IMG/VR virus record: IMGVR_UViG_3300032311_001250
Coordinates: 14,443-78,442 of that record
Reading direction: 5' to 3' (one strand)
Source: a virus
DNA: 64,000 nt
Positions 63,929 through 64,000 of this stretch are shown here, in pieces. Each line of letters opens with the position of its first letter. Position 1 is the stretch's first letter. The position numbers and the translations under genes were made by a program. The notes beneath the pieces were generated by a model that was not told the origin of the DNA, did not search any database, and saw only the letters and a list, made by a program, of their open reading frames with translations.

Positions 63929-64000
63929 TGGCTCCGGAGGTAGGGCTCGAACCTACGACCAGGCGATTAACAGTCGCCCGCTCTACCACTGAGCTACTCC
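63929..64000 (-). tRNA. trnN: tRNA-Asn(GTT), about 3 nt of the 5' end lie beyond the window
   Basis: GGAGTAGCTCAGTGGTAGAGC-GGGCGA-CTGTTAA-TCGCC-TGGTC-GTAGG-TTCGAGC-CCTAC-CTCCGGAGCCA. Confidence 0.95.

Noticed and set aside
63895-63941. TGACTCCGGAGGT resembling the tRNA-Asn 3' end, a possible att duplication
   Set aside because: Only 12/13 nt, 34 bp away, inside a local hairpin, and no integrase is seen.
1-64000. Stop-codon reassignment
   Set aside because: Long genes are intact in code 11 and TAA, TAG and TGA all end well-supported genes.

Overview
This 64-kb window is part of a tailed dsDNA bacteriophage genome (standard genetic code, GC-rich). The host is probably Actinomycetota/Chloroflexota-like, inferred from leaderless genes and an RpoD-type C-terminus. 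Layout: (1) 1-18.7 kb, plus-strand tail and lysis operon: 5'-truncated tape measure protein, three large tail proteins (the last with an S74 chaperone), a C39-like endolysin and a holin. (2) 18.7-27 kb, minus-strand block: a Pro/Thr-rich membrane protein operon and a second set of fibre/decoration genes. (3) TerS/TerL and a secreted subtilase. (4) 31.5-37.2 kb, Nmad1, an epimerase and four glycosyltransferase-like genes. (5) 37-46 kb, mostly minus-strand small genes (RlpA-like DPBB, ParB-like, LexA-type HTH, a sigma 3.2-4 fragment, many Cys-rich microproteins). (6) A non-coding strand switch at 46.3-46.8 kb with helically phased 11-bp repeats. (7) 46.9-63.7 kb, early-type small genes that become single-gene cassettes, each with its own promoter, 5' hairpin and terminator, separated by a conserved (TCAT)n-(NNACCCC)n-ACGAACTA spacer. 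(8) A tRNA-Asn cut by the window end. The most notable unexplained signals are the cassette/spacer array and four promoter-associated structured RNA candidates: a ~430-nt RNA after radC, a 72-nt tmRNA-like tRNA domain with no message, a pseudoknotted RNA, and a riboswitch-like leader. All family assignments and folds are by eye, without database searches.
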